This document shows positions 13,073 to 24,046 of a stretch of 64,000 nucleotides of DNA, one piece after another (within the stretch, counting starts at the first letter, position 1; each line of letters begins with the position of its first letter). The notes below the pieces were generated by a model that was not told the DNA's origin, made no database searches, and was given only the letters and a program-made list of their open reading frames with translations. Location: positions 65,832 through 129,831 of the forward strand of contig JAZQIM010000014.1 in the NCBI GenBank assembly GCA_045541115.1, in the 5' to 3' direction. Position numbers and translations under genes: made by a program. This DNA comes from Candidatus Aphodoplasma sp. (GTDB lineage: Bacteria; Bacillota; Clostridia; UBA1381; UMGS1253).

Positions 13073-13861
13073 TTATCCAAGCGCAACGTCGAGTATCATC
13101 ATTAGTACAAAACCGAGCGAGAACATTATCGTGCCGATATTTGAATGGCTGCCTTCAGACATTTCAGGTATAAGCTCTTCAACAACGACATACATCATTG
13201 CGCCGGCAGCAAAACTTAAAAGATATGGTAGCACAGGCACAAAAAAGCTTGCAAATAGTATTGTCAGGATTGATCCAAGCGGCTCGACAACTCCCGATAT
13301 AAGTCCGTACATGAATGCTTTTGACTTTTTCTCTCCGTTTGCAACGAGTGGCATCGAAACGATTGCTCCTTCAGGGAAATTCTGAATCGCAATACCGATT
13401 GCAAGCACGAGCGCTGCACCGGCAGATATTGCTGCATTTCCGCTAATCCATCCCGCAACTACAACTCCGACTGCCATTCCTTCAGGAATGTTATGAAGCA
13501 CTACCGCAAAAACCATTAGAGATGTCTTTTTCAAGCTACACTTTACTCCCTCGCTCTCACCTGCAGAAGCGTGAAAATGCGGTACTATTTTATCGAGTAA
13601 CAGCAAAAACATTATACCAAACAAAAAGCCTACCGCTGCAGGAATCAAAGCAAGTTTTTCCATATGCTCCGACTGCTCCATTGCAGGAATTAAAAGGCTC
13701 CATACAGATGCTGCGCTCATTACACCAGCAGCAAATCCTGAAAGCGAGCGATGCAATGTCTTATTCATTTCTTTTTTTACAAAAAATACACATGCGCTAC
13801 CGAGCGTTGTGCCAAGCAGCGGAAGAAAAATGCTGTATAACACCTGACTTAAATTTTCCAT
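13073..13861 (-). CDS. ZIP family metal (zinc) transporter, ZupT-like
   Basis: HNIPEGMAVG and IQNFPEGAIV motifs. The likely start is ATG 13861, behind a G-rich RBS; the ORF track begins at 13894. Confidence 0.82.
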   Translation of the reverse strand: MENLSQVLYSIFLPLLGTTLGSACVFFVKKEMNKTLHRSLSGFAAGVMSAASVWSLLIPAMEQSEHMEKLALIPAAVGFLFGIMFLLLLDKIVPHFHASAGESEGVKCSLKKTSLMVFAVVLHNIPEGMAVGVVVAGWISGNAAISAGAALVLAIGIAIQNFPEGAIVSMPLVANGEKKSKAFMYGLISGVVEPLGSILTILFASFFVPVLPYLLSFAAGAMMYVVVEELIPEMSEGSHSNIGTIMFSLGFVLMMILDVALG

Positions 13862-13996
13862 AAATATCCCCCCACATTTATTTTGATTACACATAGGCTA
13901 TCACATTACTCGTCTAAAGTCAATATTTTAGACAATCACTTTTTTTGTATATAAAAACGTAAAATGTATATGCTATATTCAAAGGAGTGATTACAA

Positions 13997-14440
13997 ATGT
14001 TAAATACACACAATACCGACACAGCAGAGCTTTTAAAAGAGTGTAACGCGGGCATTAAAATGGGCGTAACATCTATTGATGAGGTGCTTGATAATGTCAA
14101 AGACGAAAAATTCAAAAGCATTTTGTCTAAAAACAAAGAAGAACACCAACGCCTCGGAAGCGAAACACATGAGCTTTTAAATGAGTATAATGAAGCAGGT
14201 AAAGAACCAAACCCAATGGCAAAAGGAATGTCGTGGATGAAAACAAATATAATGCTATCTGTAAATGAAAGCGACAACACCGTTGCAGATTTAATAACCG
14301 ATGGCTGCAATATGGGTGTTAAATCGCTAAACCGCTACCTTAACAAATATAAGGCAGCAGACGAAAAATCAAAGGATATTGCTAAAAAACTCATAAACTT
14401 AGAACATCAGCTTTCAATTGACGTTCGTCCTTATCTCTAA
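13997..14440 (+). CDS. Hypothetical all-helical protein (possibly four-helix-bundle or ferritin-like)
   Basis: 147 aa, charged, with heptad-like helices. AAGGAG RBS at about 13982. No family confidently recognised. Confidence 0.45.
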   Translation: MLNTHNTDTAELLKECNAGIKMGVTSIDEVLDNVKDEKFKSILSKNKEEHQRLGSETHELLNEYNEAGKEPNPMAKGMSWMKTNIMLSVNESDNTVADLITDGCNMGVKSLNRYLNKYKAADEKSKDIAKKLINLEHQLSIDVRPYL

Positions 14441-14442
14441 AC

Positions 14443-14491
14443 AAAAAGCTCTTGGTTTTTAGATTGTATCTAAATTCCAAGAGCTATTTTT
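14443..14491. terminator. Bidirectional intrinsic terminator between two convergent genes
   Basis: Long hairpin agctcttgg-tt-tttagat-tgt-atctaaa-tt-ccaagagct, flanked by an A-run and a T-run. Confidence 0.75.
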
Positions 14492-14496
14492 ACAAA

Positions 14497-15945
14497 TTAT
14501 TGATCAGAACCAAATTCTTTTATGTATGCATCCAAGAGTTTGCGCGGCCAGTCTGATACAGGCTCAAGTCTACCTGTAAAGAAACGAAGTGTCTTCGGCT
14601 CATGCACAAATCTTAAGCCGCCAATTAAATCTCTGTGATCATATAACCATTTTACTCTATCAATTACATACTCTGTTTGCGAAAGTGTAAACACACGACG
14701 AGGAAATGCAAGACGTACCATCTCAACAGATGCAATATGTTCGCTACCATCTGGATTTCTTTCTTCCGACAATGTACCTCTTTCCATACCACGTATTCCG
14801 CCACAAAGATAGAGTGCTGCTACTAATGCGCCTGCAGGATACTGCTCTGACGGAATATGACTTACAACGCTTCTCGCATCAATATGTGCGCCAAGTCCGC
14901 CTCCCGGTGTAATCATCGGCACACCGTATTTGTCAAGCTCATCTACACAATGTTTTATAAACTGCGGCCCCTGAGAAATAACGTCTATATCCATCGTCTC
15001 ATCAAAGCCGATGATGAGCGCTTCCATTTCTTTAACCGACATACCACCATATGTCAAAAAGCCTTCAAACATTGTAATATAGTCTTCCATCTCGTGGAAA
15101 AGCTTTTCATCACGAATCAAAATTCCGCCGCCACGACCAAAACCGAATTTTCTTGCAGAGAAGTATATAACGTCAAATAAATCAGCAATCATTTTTGTGA
15201 TTTCACGCACAGACTTGTCCTTCATTGACTCCTCGCGTGTCTTTATAAAATACAGGTTATCCTGCAATAACGATGCGTCTAAAACGGTTAAGATGCCATT
15301 TTCTTTTGCTATATCAGTTGCCTGCTTCATATTTTCATATGAAATCGGCTGACCGCCAATAAGGTTTGTTCCGGCTTCAAGACGCATATAAGCTATATTT
15401 TGTGCACCTTCTTTTTTGATGCACTCTCTTACTTTATCAAGGTCGATATTTCCCTTAAACGGCAAATTACTTTTTGCAACGAGTCCTTCGTCCTTAACAA
15501 GCTCTTCTACACGGCCACCAAGTCGTGTAACGTGTGCTTTTGATGTCGTAAAGTGATAATTCATTATTACAACATTTCCCGGCTTTACAAAATGCTGCGC
15601 AATGATATGCTCGCACGCACGGCCTTGATGTGTAGGAAGTAGATATTTTATGTCAAAAATTTCTTCAAGCTTGTCTCTCATGCGATAAAATGTTTCGCTA
15701 CCTGCATATGCATCGTCTGCACGAAGCATTGCCGACTGCATGTTATCGCTCATGGCATTTACGCCCGAATCTGTAAGCATATCCATAAAGATGTCGCCGT
15801 TGTGAAGCATAAATGTATTATATCCCGCTTCCTGCATCTTCTGAAGTCTTTCTTCCGCACCAAGAAGATTAAGCTTTTGCACAACTTTTACTTTGTGCAT
15901 CTCCATCGGTATTGGTTCTCTATTATAAAATTTTATTTCCGGCAT
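14497..15945 (-). CDS. Beta-eliminating lyase (tryptophanase / tyrosine phenol-lyase family)
   Basis: Collinear with TnaA/TPL as I recall them (DLLTDSG, PTHQGR, the PLP-lysine context SARKF, and the C-terminal EPKxLRFFT). Start set at ATG 15945, behind AGGAGG; the ORF track begins at 16008. Confidence 0.8.
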   Translation of the reverse strand: MPEIKFYNREPIPMEMHKVKVVQKLNLLGAEERLQKMQEAGYNTFMLHNGDIFMDMLTDSGVNAMSDNMQSAMLRADDAYAGSETFYRMRDKLEEIFDIKYLLPTHQGRACEHIIAQHFVKPGNVVIMNYHFTTSKAHVTRLGGRVEELVKDEGLVAKSNLPFKGNIDLDKVRECIKKEGAQNIAYMRLEAGTNLIGGQPISYENMKQATDIAKENGILTVLDASLLQDNLYFIKTREESMKDKSVREITKMIADLFDVIYFSARKFGFGRGGGILIRDEKLFHEMEDYITMFEGFLTYGGMSVKEMEALIIGFDETMDIDVISQGPQFIKHCVDELDKYGVPMITPGGGLGAHIDARSVVSHIPSEQYPAGALVAALYLCGGIRGMERGTLSEERNPDGSEHIASVEMVRLAFPRRVFTLSQTEYVIDRVKWLYDHRDLIGGLRFVHEPKTLRFFTGRLEPVSDWPRKLLDAYIKEFGSDQ

Positions 15946-16106
15946 TTTTTGTCCTCCTAAAAAATCGTTTGACTTTTGACTTTTTTTATTATACAATAAA
16001 ACTCGCAATTAGTAAAATTGATAGTTTCGATATATTCTATCGATTTTATTGATGGGTTTATTCTTGTATAAAGGAGGTATGGCATTAACCCTGCCATAAA
16101 TAAATT

Positions 16107-16997
16107 ATGGAAATAAGAAATCTTACAACATTTATACACGTTGCTCAATTACGCAGCTTTACAAAGGCAGCGCAGCTTCTCGGCTATACACAATCGACAA
16201 TATCTTTTCAGATAAAGCAGCTTGAAACAGAGCTTGACTGTCTATTGTTTGAAAGAATAAACAACACCATATCCCTCACAAAAAAAGGCGATGAGCTTCT
16301 TTTGTATGCGCAAAAAATTGTACAAATGAACGAAGAACTTAAGAAGGATATGATGGGCGATGATGCTTTGTCCGGAACAATTCACGTCGTTGCACCTGAC
16401 TCTGTGTGCGAAGATATGATTCTAGCTAATTTTGCGGACTTTCACAAAGCATATCCGGATATATCTTTAAAATTTTCAACTGCTGATACAGATGATATGT
16501 TTCGTATTTTAGACCATAACGAAGCAGATGTTATTTTTACCTTAGACACACATATATATCAGCAGGATTACATAATCGCAAAGGAAGAAAAAATAACATC
16601 GCATTTTGTGACAGGCGCAAACTCTCCTCTTGCAAAAAAGAAAAATTTGTCTGTTACACAAATTATTGATATGCCCTTTATTTTGACAGAAAAAAATATC
16701 GGATACCGCAGAGGTTTCGACGCAGAGATGGCAAAGCGTTCCCTTGAGATTCTCCCAATTATGGAAATCGGCAGAACAGATATTATTACAAACGTTTTGG
16801 AAAAAGGCATCGGTATATCATTTCTTCCCGATTTTGTTACACAAAAAAAAGTAGACGAAGGCTCTCTTGTATATCTTGATATTGTCGATTTTGAAGTAGA
16901 TATATGGAAGCAGCTTATATATCACAAGAAAAAATGGATTAGCGCTCATCTCGATGCATTCTTAAATTTTGTAATGCAAAACGAATTCAGCGTATAA
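16107..16997 (+). CDS. LysR family transcriptional regulator
   Basis: N-terminal HTH (FTKAAQLLGYTQSTISFQIKQLE) plus a LysR substrate-binding domain. Divergent from the lyase gene. Confidence 0.9.
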   Translation: MEIRNLTTFIHVAQLRSFTKAAQLLGYTQSTISFQIKQLETELDCLLFERINNTISLTKKGDELLLYAQKIVQMNEELKKDMMGDDALSGTIHVVAPDSVCEDMILANFADFHKAYPDISLKFSTADTDDMFRILDHNEADVIFTLDTHIYQQDYIIAKEEKITSHFVTGANSPLAKKKNLSVTQIIDMPFILTEKNIGYRRGFDAEMAKRSLEILPIMEIGRTDIITNVLEKGIGISFLPDFVTQKKVDEGSLVYLDIVDFEVDIWKQLIYHKKKWISAHLDAFLNFVMQNEFSV

Positions 16998-17009
16998 AAA
17001 CATGCAACA

Positions 17010-17048
17010 AAAAGAGTGCAAAGCATAACCGCTTTGCACTCTTCTTTA
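17010..17048. terminator. Intrinsic terminator shared by the LysR gene and the S41 peptidase gene
   Basis: 13-bp stem aagagtgcaaagc/gctttgcactctt. The minus-strand reading has a U-run. Confidence 0.75.
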
Positions 17049-18500
17049 TTTATTTGCAGCCAGATATCCTGTATACTCAATTCCCATAAGCTCAAATGCT
17101 TTTGAAAGTTGCATATCAATTAACATTTCTACCTTATCCGCCTTATCAGACAGGCGCATCTGTGTATATATATCCATTATGCCCGTAGCTTCAAGTCCGT
17201 TATCTGACTGAAACGCCATAACTGCATTTGCCATCGTTTCATCATACGAAGTGTCTGTGGCACCGGCATTGTAACCAAGCACCGTCAGCCTTTGTTTTAT
17301 CGCAGATAATCCTTCTCCCTCATACCCCAAAGCATATTCGGGCAAAAACTTCATCTTGTCAGCATCTGTATATTCAAACAACAGCGTCTTATTTGAGATA
17401 GTATAATCAGGTTTGATCCCTACTTTGTTTATACTTTTTCCTTTTCTCGTAAGGTACTCACCCGTTGTAACCTTACACATTCTTCCCCCATATACGCCAA
17501 GTATATTTTGTGTAACAGCTTTTCCGTATGTCTGTTTTCCAATAAGTTTCGATGCTCCGGATTCCTGTAGTGCGCTTGCTAAAAGTTCTGCCGCACTCGC
17601 AGTATATTCATTTACTAATGTAACAAGCTGATATGGCTTATTTTTTAATGTGGAGCGATATTGTGTCGACTGGCCTGTTGCTTTCACTTTATGTGTAGCG
17701 ATAATGCCCGCTGGAACAAAACGCTTCGCAACATCAACTGCAACTTCTACATATCCACCTGTATTATATCGCAAATCGAGTATGATTTTCTTTATTCCAT
17801 ACTTATTAAATTCCGCAAGCGCCGATGCAACCTCTTTATCGGTCTCACTTGAAAATGATATTATTTGAAGATAACCTACATTTTCACCAACAATCGCATA
17901 GCTTACAGTGCTTTGTTTTAATTCAGCGCGAACTAATACAAAATCAATTTCATTTCCGTCACGAAGAACTTTTAGCGAAACCTCGCTACCGATTTCACCG
18001 CGCATCTTTGCACTTACATAATCGTAATTTTTTGCAAGCATATTTTCTCCGTCTACGGCAACAATCAAATCACCAGCGCAAAGTCCTGCTTTTTGTGCCG
18101 GCGAGCCATCTATAACAGATACAATCTCTGCATATCGCGAGCCTTTTGTAATATAAACACCAACACCGCCACCAACATTTTCTAACTGACGTGTGAGCTG
18201 CGCATACTCTTCTGCACTGTAAAATTCGCTGTACTCATCAAGACTTGAGAAAAGTGCGCGCAAAAATGTATCAAGTGCCTGCGGATCTTCGTTTAATAGA
18301 TTTGTAAACGTTCTCTCAAGCAGTTCTTGTTTCGTTATATCAAACTGATATATTTCAACTAAATCAGAGGCGACTTGAGAAAAAAACTTCGACTCATTTT
18401 TCTGCTCTATATATTTAAGATTTTCGCCGGCAAAAACCTGTGTTGAAAGCAATAACAAAAGCACTAATACCGTTGCTGTTACCTTTCTTAAATTTCTCAT
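17046..18500 (-). CDS. S41 family C-terminal processing peptidase with PDZ domain and a C-terminal peptidoglycan-binding-like domain
   Basis: Signal/anchor segment (VTATVLVLLLLLSTQVFA), a PDZ segment, and catalytic blocks TASAAE and GKQTYGKA. The C-terminal LGYNAG...AVMAFQSDNGLEATG resembles PG_binding_1. Start set at ATG 18500, behind GGAGG. Confidence 0.85.
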   Translation of the reverse strand: MRNLRKVTATVLVLLLLLSTQVFAGENLKYIEQKNESKFFSQVASDLVEIYQFDITKQELLERTFTNLLNEDPQALDTFLRALFSSLDEYSEFYSAEEYAQLTRQLENVGGGVGVYITKGSRYAEIVSVIDGSPAQKAGLCAGDLIVAVDGENMLAKNYDYVSAKMRGEIGSEVSLKVLRDGNEIDFVLVRAELKQSTVSYAIVGENVGYLQIISFSSETDKEVASALAEFNKYGIKKIILDLRYNTGGYVEVAVDVAKRFVPAGIIATHKVKATGQSTQYRSTLKNKPYQLVTLVNEYTASAAELLASALQESGASKLIGKQTYGKAVTQNILGVYGGRMCKVTTGEYLTRKGKSINKVGIKPDYTISNKTLLFEYTDADKMKFLPEYALGYEGEGLSAIKQRLTVLGYNAGATDTSYDETMANAVMAFQSDNGLEATGIMDIYTQMRLSDKADKVEMLIDMQLSKAFELMGIEYTGYLAANK

Positions 18501-18525
18501 GTTTATAACCTCCGTTATATATTTA

Positions 18526-20220
18526 CTACATTCTTTCAGGCGCATCTATCGAAAGCATCGAAAGAACATTCTTTAAAACTATTCTTACTGTATCAACAAG
18601 CTTCAATCTCGTCTCCATTAGCGCCCTGTCTTCCTGACGTACATGGCAGCTGTTATAAAATGCATGAAACAGTGATGCGAGGTCAATACAATAGCGTGTA
18701 AGTCTGCTCGGCTCATATGCAAGTGCTGCAGATTTTATTTCTTCCGGAAGGTCGCAAAGTTTCTTTAAAAGTTCCTTTTCCTGCGGCTCTTTCAAAAGCG
18801 ATAAATCAAGCTCATCTGCATTTTTAACATATACACCCTCTTCACTTAATACAGAAATGATACTGCACATTCTTGCATGGGCATACTGAACATAATATAC
18901 CGGGTTTTCACTCGTCTGCGCAACAGCTAAATCGAGGTCAAATACCATATGGCTGTCAGCCTGGCGCATATTAAAGAAAAATCTCGCCGCATCAACGCTC
19001 GTGTCTTCGAGTAAATCCGAAAGTGTAACAGCTTTTCCCGTACGCTTTGACATTCTTACGATTTCGCCGTCTTGCGTAAGACGTACAAGCTGCATTATTA
19101 TAACATCGAGTTTGTTTGAATCGATACCAATTGCATCAAGCGCTTTTTTCATGCGCGCAACGTGGCCATAGTGATCTGCGCCCCATATATCAATCGCCTT
19201 GTCAAAGCCGCGTGCTTCAATTTTATTTCTGTGATACGCAACGTCAGCGGCAAAATATGTCGGGATACCGTTTGCGCGCACAAGCACATCGTCTTTTTCT
19301 TCTCCAAAGTCTGTCGCTTTAAACCAAAGCGCCCCATCGGCTTCGTATGTATGTCCGCTCTTTTTAAACATCTCAACAACTTCAGCTACGGCATTGGAAT
19401 TGTGAAGCTCGCTTTCTCTGAACCATACATCGTAATTAATTCTGTATTTTTCAAGGTCGCTCTTTAGCGCTACAATATTTTTTTCAAGCGCATAAGCTAC
19501 AAGAGCATCTTTTCTTTCCTGCTCATCTGCATTAACATATTTATCGCCGTTAATTTCTGAAAATGCCTTTGCATGCTCAACAATATCAATTCCCTGATAT
19601 CCGTCTTCGGGAAACTCTACCTTATCTTCTCCAAGATAAAGCTGAAGATAGCGTGCATTAAGCGATTTTGCAAACTTTTCAATCTGATTTCCTGCGTCAT
19701 TTATATAAAATTCGCGCGTAACATCATAACCTGCCCATGACAAAAGCTCTGCAAGACAGTCTCCAAGCGCACCACCGCGGGCATTTCCCATATGCATAGG
19801 ACCTGTCGGGTTTGCCGAAACAAACTCAACCATATACTTTTGTCCCTTACCCATATCTGATTTACCATAGTCGCCTTGCTGCGTTTCTACGGCGTTTATA
19901 ACAGGATATAGCCACGAGTCATCAAGATAGAAATTTATAAATCCTGCTCCTGCAACTTCACATTTCGATATTTTACCGCTTACTTCTATCTTTTTAACAA
20001 TAGCATCGGCGATAACTCTTGGCGGCTTGCGAAGCTGTCTTGTAAGCATCATTGCGATATTTGTAGAATAGTCGCCGTTATTTTTGTCGCGCGGCTCTTC
20101 AAGATTTATTTCATATTCGCCTGCATCTTCAAGCTCACCATCTTTTACTGCGGCTTTAATTGCAGCGTCTATTATACCTTTAAGCTCTTCTCTTAAGCTT
20201 TCAATTATCGTCTTTTTCAT
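18526..20220 (-). CDS. argS: Arginine--tRNA ligase
   Basis: 564 aa. Class I motifs ANPTGPMHMGN and MSKRTG. Confidence 0.96.
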   Translation of the reverse strand: MKKTIIESLREELKGIIDAAIKAAVKDGELEDAGEYEINLEEPRDKNNGDYSTNIAMMLTRQLRKPPRVIADAIVKKIEVSGKISKCEVAGAGFINFYLDDSWLYPVINAVETQQGDYGKSDMGKGQKYMVEFVSANPTGPMHMGNARGGALGDCLAELLSWAGYDVTREFYINDAGNQIEKFAKSLNARYLQLYLGEDKVEFPEDGYQGIDIVEHAKAFSEINGDKYVNADEQERKDALVAYALEKNIVALKSDLEKYRINYDVWFRESELHNSNAVAEVVEMFKKSGHTYEADGALWFKATDFGEEKDDVLVRANGIPTYFAADVAYHRNKIEARGFDKAIDIWGADHYGHVARMKKALDAIGIDSNKLDVIIMQLVRLTQDGEIVRMSKRTGKAVTLSDLLEDTSVDAARFFFNMRQADSHMVFDLDLAVAQTSENPVYYVQYAHARMCSIISVLSEEGVYVKNADELDLSLLKEPQEKELLKKLCDLPEEIKSAALAYEPSRLTRYCIDLASLFHAFYNSCHVRQEDRALMETRLKLVDTVRIVLKNVLSMLSIDAPERM

Positions 20221-20650
20221 TGGTTTTCTCCTTTATCGTTATGTTTAAGTGATTTTCAGATTTTGCCGCGCCCATGTCAAGCTTGTACACCATGTCAAGC
20301 TCGCCTCCTTGTGGCGTAAGTGATGCATCAATCTTGCTCGCAAGCGTTTCCATTGTAATGCTTCCAAACGGTAAATCATATACGCACGAGTGTCTTTTTC
20401 CCACCTCATAGCACATCTTCGAGTTTATTTCTCCGCTTCGCTTTACCCACACTTTCCCGTCCGGCTCAACCTTAAGCGTAGTAGTCGCTCCGCTCATCTC
20501 GCTAAAGCCGGATTCTTCATAAATTATATAATATTTGCCATTTTTATACTCATAACGCGCATCTTCAATTACATCCATCTGTGTGACTTCGCCTTCATTA
20601 TCAACAGTAGAGCGAATTCTGATGCTTGCATTAGTATTTTTCAATGTCAA
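20201..20650 (-). CDS. DUF1934 (YwiB-like) beta-barrel protein
   Basis: 149 aa. Recognised by size and by its conserved position directly upstream of argS in Bacillota. Confidence 0.5.
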   Translation of the reverse strand: MTLKNTNASIRIRSTVDNEGEVTQMDVIEDARYEYKNGKYYIIYEESGFSEMSGATTTLKVEPDGKVWVKRSGEINSKMCYEVGKRHSCVYDLPFGSITMETLASKIDASLTPQGGELDMVYKLDMGAAKSENHLNITIKEKTNEKDDN

Positions 20651-21452
20651 TCTTATTCACCATCTCTCCTATTTCACGCTCCAGAAACATACTTCCCAGA
20701 TTCGCAAAATTATCAACGCTATCACTTACAAAGTAGCTATAGTTGCCAATTTCTTTTTTTGATGAACACATATCATTTTCTTCAAGATGCCTTTTTACGT
20801 GTTTTGCCACCGCCTCGCCAACATCTATAAGCGTTACGCTTTCTCCCATTATATCCTTTATTACACCGAGCAAAAGAGGATAATGTGTACAACCAAGTAT
20901 TAACGTATCAATTCCACTCTCTTTTAGCGGCTCAAGGTATTCTTTTCCAATAAGACGAGCAACATCTGTGTCGAAATGTCCATTTTCTACAAGCGGAACA
21001 AATAGCGGGCACGGCCTTGAATACACGTTTGCACCAGGCAATACCATTTTGATTTTGCTCTCAAATGCGCCGCTTTTTACCGTAGCAGGAGTTGCTATTA
21101 CGCCAATTTTATTATTCCTTGTAGCATTTGCAGCACATACCGATGCTTCATCTACGACTCCAGTCATATATATATCCGATTTGTCGCGAAGTAGCGGAAG
21201 CGCAACTGTGCTTGCCGTACCGCACGCTACAACAATCATTTTAATATTAAACGTCTTTAAAAAGTTAATATCCTGCATGACGTATTTTGTAATTGTCTGA
21301 GGAGAACGAGTGCCGTATGGCACACGTCCCGTATCTCCAAAATACACGATATCTTCATTTGGCAGCATTTTCATAAGCTGCTTTACTGCAGTAAGTCCGC
21401 CGAGACCTGAGTCAAAAACACCTATCGCTCTATCGTCCATACTTTCCTCCAA
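20631..21452 (-). CDS. murI: Glutamate racemase
   Basis: Both catalytic Cys blocks are present: VVACGTAS and LGCTHYPLL. Confidence 0.93.
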   Translation of the reverse strand: MEESMDDRAIGVFDSGLGGLTAVKQLMKMLPNEDIVYFGDTGRVPYGTRSPQTITKYVMQDINFLKTFNIKMIVVACGTASTVALPLLRDKSDIYMTGVVDEASVCAANATRNNKIGVIATPATVKSGAFESKIKMVLPGANVYSRPCPLFVPLVENGHFDTDVARLIGKEYLEPLKESGIDTLILGCTHYPLLLGVIKDIMGESVTLIDVGEAVAKHVKRHLEENDMCSSKKEIGNYSYFVSDSVDNFANLGSMFLEREIGEMVNKIDIEKY

Positions 21453-21455
21453 AAG

Positions 21456-22538
21456 TTATTTTTCTCTAACCTTGCCAAGCTCTATCAATTCATCAAGAAG
21501 TTCACTGTACGAAAGTCCTGCCTTTTCCCAAAGCTTTGGATACATACTAATTGATGTAAAGCCCGGAAGTGTGTTAATCTCATTTATAATCACTTCTTTA
21601 TTCTCTGTCACAAAGAAATCAACTCTTGATAATCCTGCGCCGTCGAGCGCCGAAAATGCCTTTATAGCACTTTCTCTTACTTTTTGTGTGGTTTCTTCAT
21701 CTATATTTGCAGGAATAAGTAATTTTGCTGTATCTGTTTTATATTTTTCATCGTAGTCGTAAAACCCTATGCCTGAAACAACTTCTCCGACACCTGAAGC
21801 ACGAACCAAAGAAAAACTGTTGCCGAGAACAGCGCATTCTACTTCATGACCTACAATCGCTTCTTCTACGACAATTTGTCTGTCATGCTTTGCTGCCAAG
21901 CAAAGTGCATCTTCAAGCTCTGATTTATCGTTTACCTTTGAAATTCCTACAGAACTTCCTGCATTTGCAGGCTTTACAAAGCACGGATATCCAAGCTCTT
22001 TCGATACCTTATCGACAATCTTATTCATATCGGCAAAATCCTTTGTGTAAACCGCAAGCCATTTTGCCTGTTTTAATCCGGCTTTTTCAAACACATGCTT
22101 TGAATATATTTTATTCATACCAACGCTCGATGCGAGAACGCCGCATCCAACATATGGTATCGAACTTAATTCCAAAAGTCCCTGAAGTGTACCGTCTTCG
22201 CCATACACACCATGAAGCACAGGAAAAATCACATCAAGCTTAATCTTTTTTGTCTTTCCGTCATCTTGCATCACTAAAATACCTTTGTCGCTTACACAAG
22301 GTGATATTATAGCACTTGCAAGGTGCTTTTTGTCCTTTTCCCAGCTTCCATCAGCGAGATTTTCAACCTTGCCGCTATAAAGGTACCATTTCCCCTTTTT
22401 TGTGATGCCGAGCATTATTATTTTGTACTTATCTTTATCGAGATTATTTATTACGTATGATGCAGACACTCTCGATACTTCGTGTTCCGATGAGCGTCCA
22501 CCGAAAATAACACATACCTTTTGCTTTTTTACAGCCAT
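21456..22538 (-). CDS. ddl: D-alanine--D-alanine ligase
   Basis: ATP-grasp Ddl sequence (VIFGGRSSEHEVS ... NEINTLPGFTSISMYPKLW). Start set at ATG 22538, behind GGGAGG; the ORF track begins at a TTG at 22556. Confidence 0.93.
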   Translation of the reverse strand: MAVKKQKVCVIFGGRSSEHEVSRVSASYVINNLDKDKYKIIMLGITKKGKWYLYSGKVENLADGSWEKDKKHLASAIISPCVSDKGILVMQDDGKTKKIKLDVIFPVLHGVYGEDGTLQGLLELSSIPYVGCGVLASSVGMNKIYSKHVFEKAGLKQAKWLAVYTKDFADMNKIVDKVSKELGYPCFVKPANAGSSVGISKVNDKSELEDALCLAAKHDRQIVVEEAIVGHEVECAVLGNSFSLVRASGVGEVVSGIGFYDYDEKYKTDTAKLLIPANIDEETTQKVRESAIKAFSALDGAGLSRVDFFVTENKEVIINEINTLPGFTSISMYPKLWEKAGLSYSELLDELIELGKVREK

Positions 22539-22760
22539 TATGTATTTTCCTCCCAAAAAAGCGTCTCTGCTTTAATCTTTACATATAGTTATACTCTTAT
22601 ATTGTACTCCTTATGACACAATTTTGCAAGTCAAATAAACATTTTTTATAAATTAGTAATAATTAAATTTATATTCCTGCCGTTTTTAAATAAAATAAGA
22701 AGCTCACGAAATTCTAAAAGTCAGAAGCTTAAGAATTTCAGAGAACCTTGTTGTGTTCAA

Positions 22761-22801
22761 AATAAAAAAGACGCCTCTTATCTCGTAAGCAGACGTCTTT
22801 T
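22761..22801 (-). terminator. Intrinsic terminator after ackA
   Basis: aaaagacg ... cgtctttt outer stem with an inner ctta/taag pair. There is a T-run on the minus strand. Confidence 0.6.
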
Positions 22802-22811
22802 ATAAATAATC

Positions 22812-24011
22812 TTATTTGCCTTCAACAAGCGCCTTTGTATCAAGTGCTATCATAAGCTCTTCGTTTGTTGGAATAACAAGTGTTTTTACAGTTGCGTCGG
22901 GTGCTGAAATATCCATTTCCTCGCCGCGAAGCTTATTTTTCTCACTATCAATCTTTATTCCCATAAACTCTGCGCCTTCAAGCATTGCTTCACGCATAAC
23001 GCCGTTATTCTCGCCTATGCCGGCTGTAAATACAACTGCATCTACACCACCCATAGCGCTTGCATAATATCCGATATATCTCTTAACTGAATATATAAAC
23101 ATATCAAGTGCAAGTTTTGCACGCTCGTTGCCTTCTTTTGCCGCATTTTCAAGGTCTCTAAAATCACTGCTCAAACCGGAAACACCAAGCACACCTGACT
23201 TTTTGTTTAACATATTATCAATGTCTTTAATGCTCATGTTTTCTTTTTCCATAATAAACGCGATTATCGCCGGGTCAATATCACCCGAACGTGTTCCCAT
23301 CAATACGCCTGCAAGAGGTGTAAAGCCCATTGATGTATCAACAGATTTTCCTCCATCAATAGCTGTGATTGATGAACCGTTTCCAAGGTGGCATGTAATG
23401 ATTTTAAGCTCCTCGATCGGTTTATTAAGCATCTTTGCAGCACGTTGTGAAACGTATTTATGGCTTGTACCGTGGAAGCCGTATCTTCTGATTTTGTAAT
23501 TTTCATACATTTCATACGGAATCGCATAAAGATATGACTGCGGCTTCATCGTCTGATGAAACGCTGTATCAAACACTGCTACCTGTTTAACACCTGGCAT
23601 AACTTCTTCACAAGCATTGATACCCGTGAGGTTTGCCGGATTATGAAGTGGTGCAAGATCGCTGCACTTTTCGATTGCAGCCTTAACTTCATCGTCAATG
23701 ATTACTGAACCGCTGAAATACTCGCCGCCGTGCACAACTCTGTGACCTACAGCTCCGATTTCATCCATGCTCTTTATTACACCGTGCTTTTCATCTATAA
23801 GAGCCGCAATAACAAGCTTTATCGCATCAGCATGGTTTGCCATTGGCTCTATAATTTCTGCACTTTCCTTACCTGCCGGTTTATGTGTAAGCTTAGAACC
23901 ATCGATACCAATTCTTTCGCAAAGACCTTTTGCGATTACATCATTATTATCAGTGTTAATAAGCTGATATTTAAGTGATGAACTTCCGGCGTTTATTACT
24001 AATACCTTCAT
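22812..24011 (-). CDS. ackA: Acetate kinase
   Basis: 399 aa. N-terminus [17 protein letters not shown] and HRVVHGG. Confidence 0.96.
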   Translation of the reverse strand: MKVLVINAGSSSLKYQLINTDNNDVIAKGLCERIGIDGSKLTHKPAGKESAEIIEPMANHADAIKLVIAALIDEKHGVIKSMDEIGAVGHRVVHGGEYFSGSVIIDDEVKAAIEKCSDLAPLHNPANLTGINACEEVMPGVKQVAVFDTAFHQTMKPQSYLYAIPYEMYENYKIRRYGFHGTSHKYVSQRAAKMLNKPIEELKIITCHLGNGSSITAIDGGKSVDTSMGFTPLAGVLMGTRSGDIDPAIIAFIMEKENMSIKDIDNMLNKKSGVLGVSGLSSDFRDLENAAKEGNERAKLALDMFIYSVKRYIGYYASAMGGVDAVVFTAGIGENNGVMREAMLEGAEFMGIKIDSEKNKLRGEEMDISAPDATVKTLVIPTNEELMIALDTKALVEGK

Positions 24012-24046
24012 TAAATCTACACTTCCTTAATATATTTTTTGTAATT

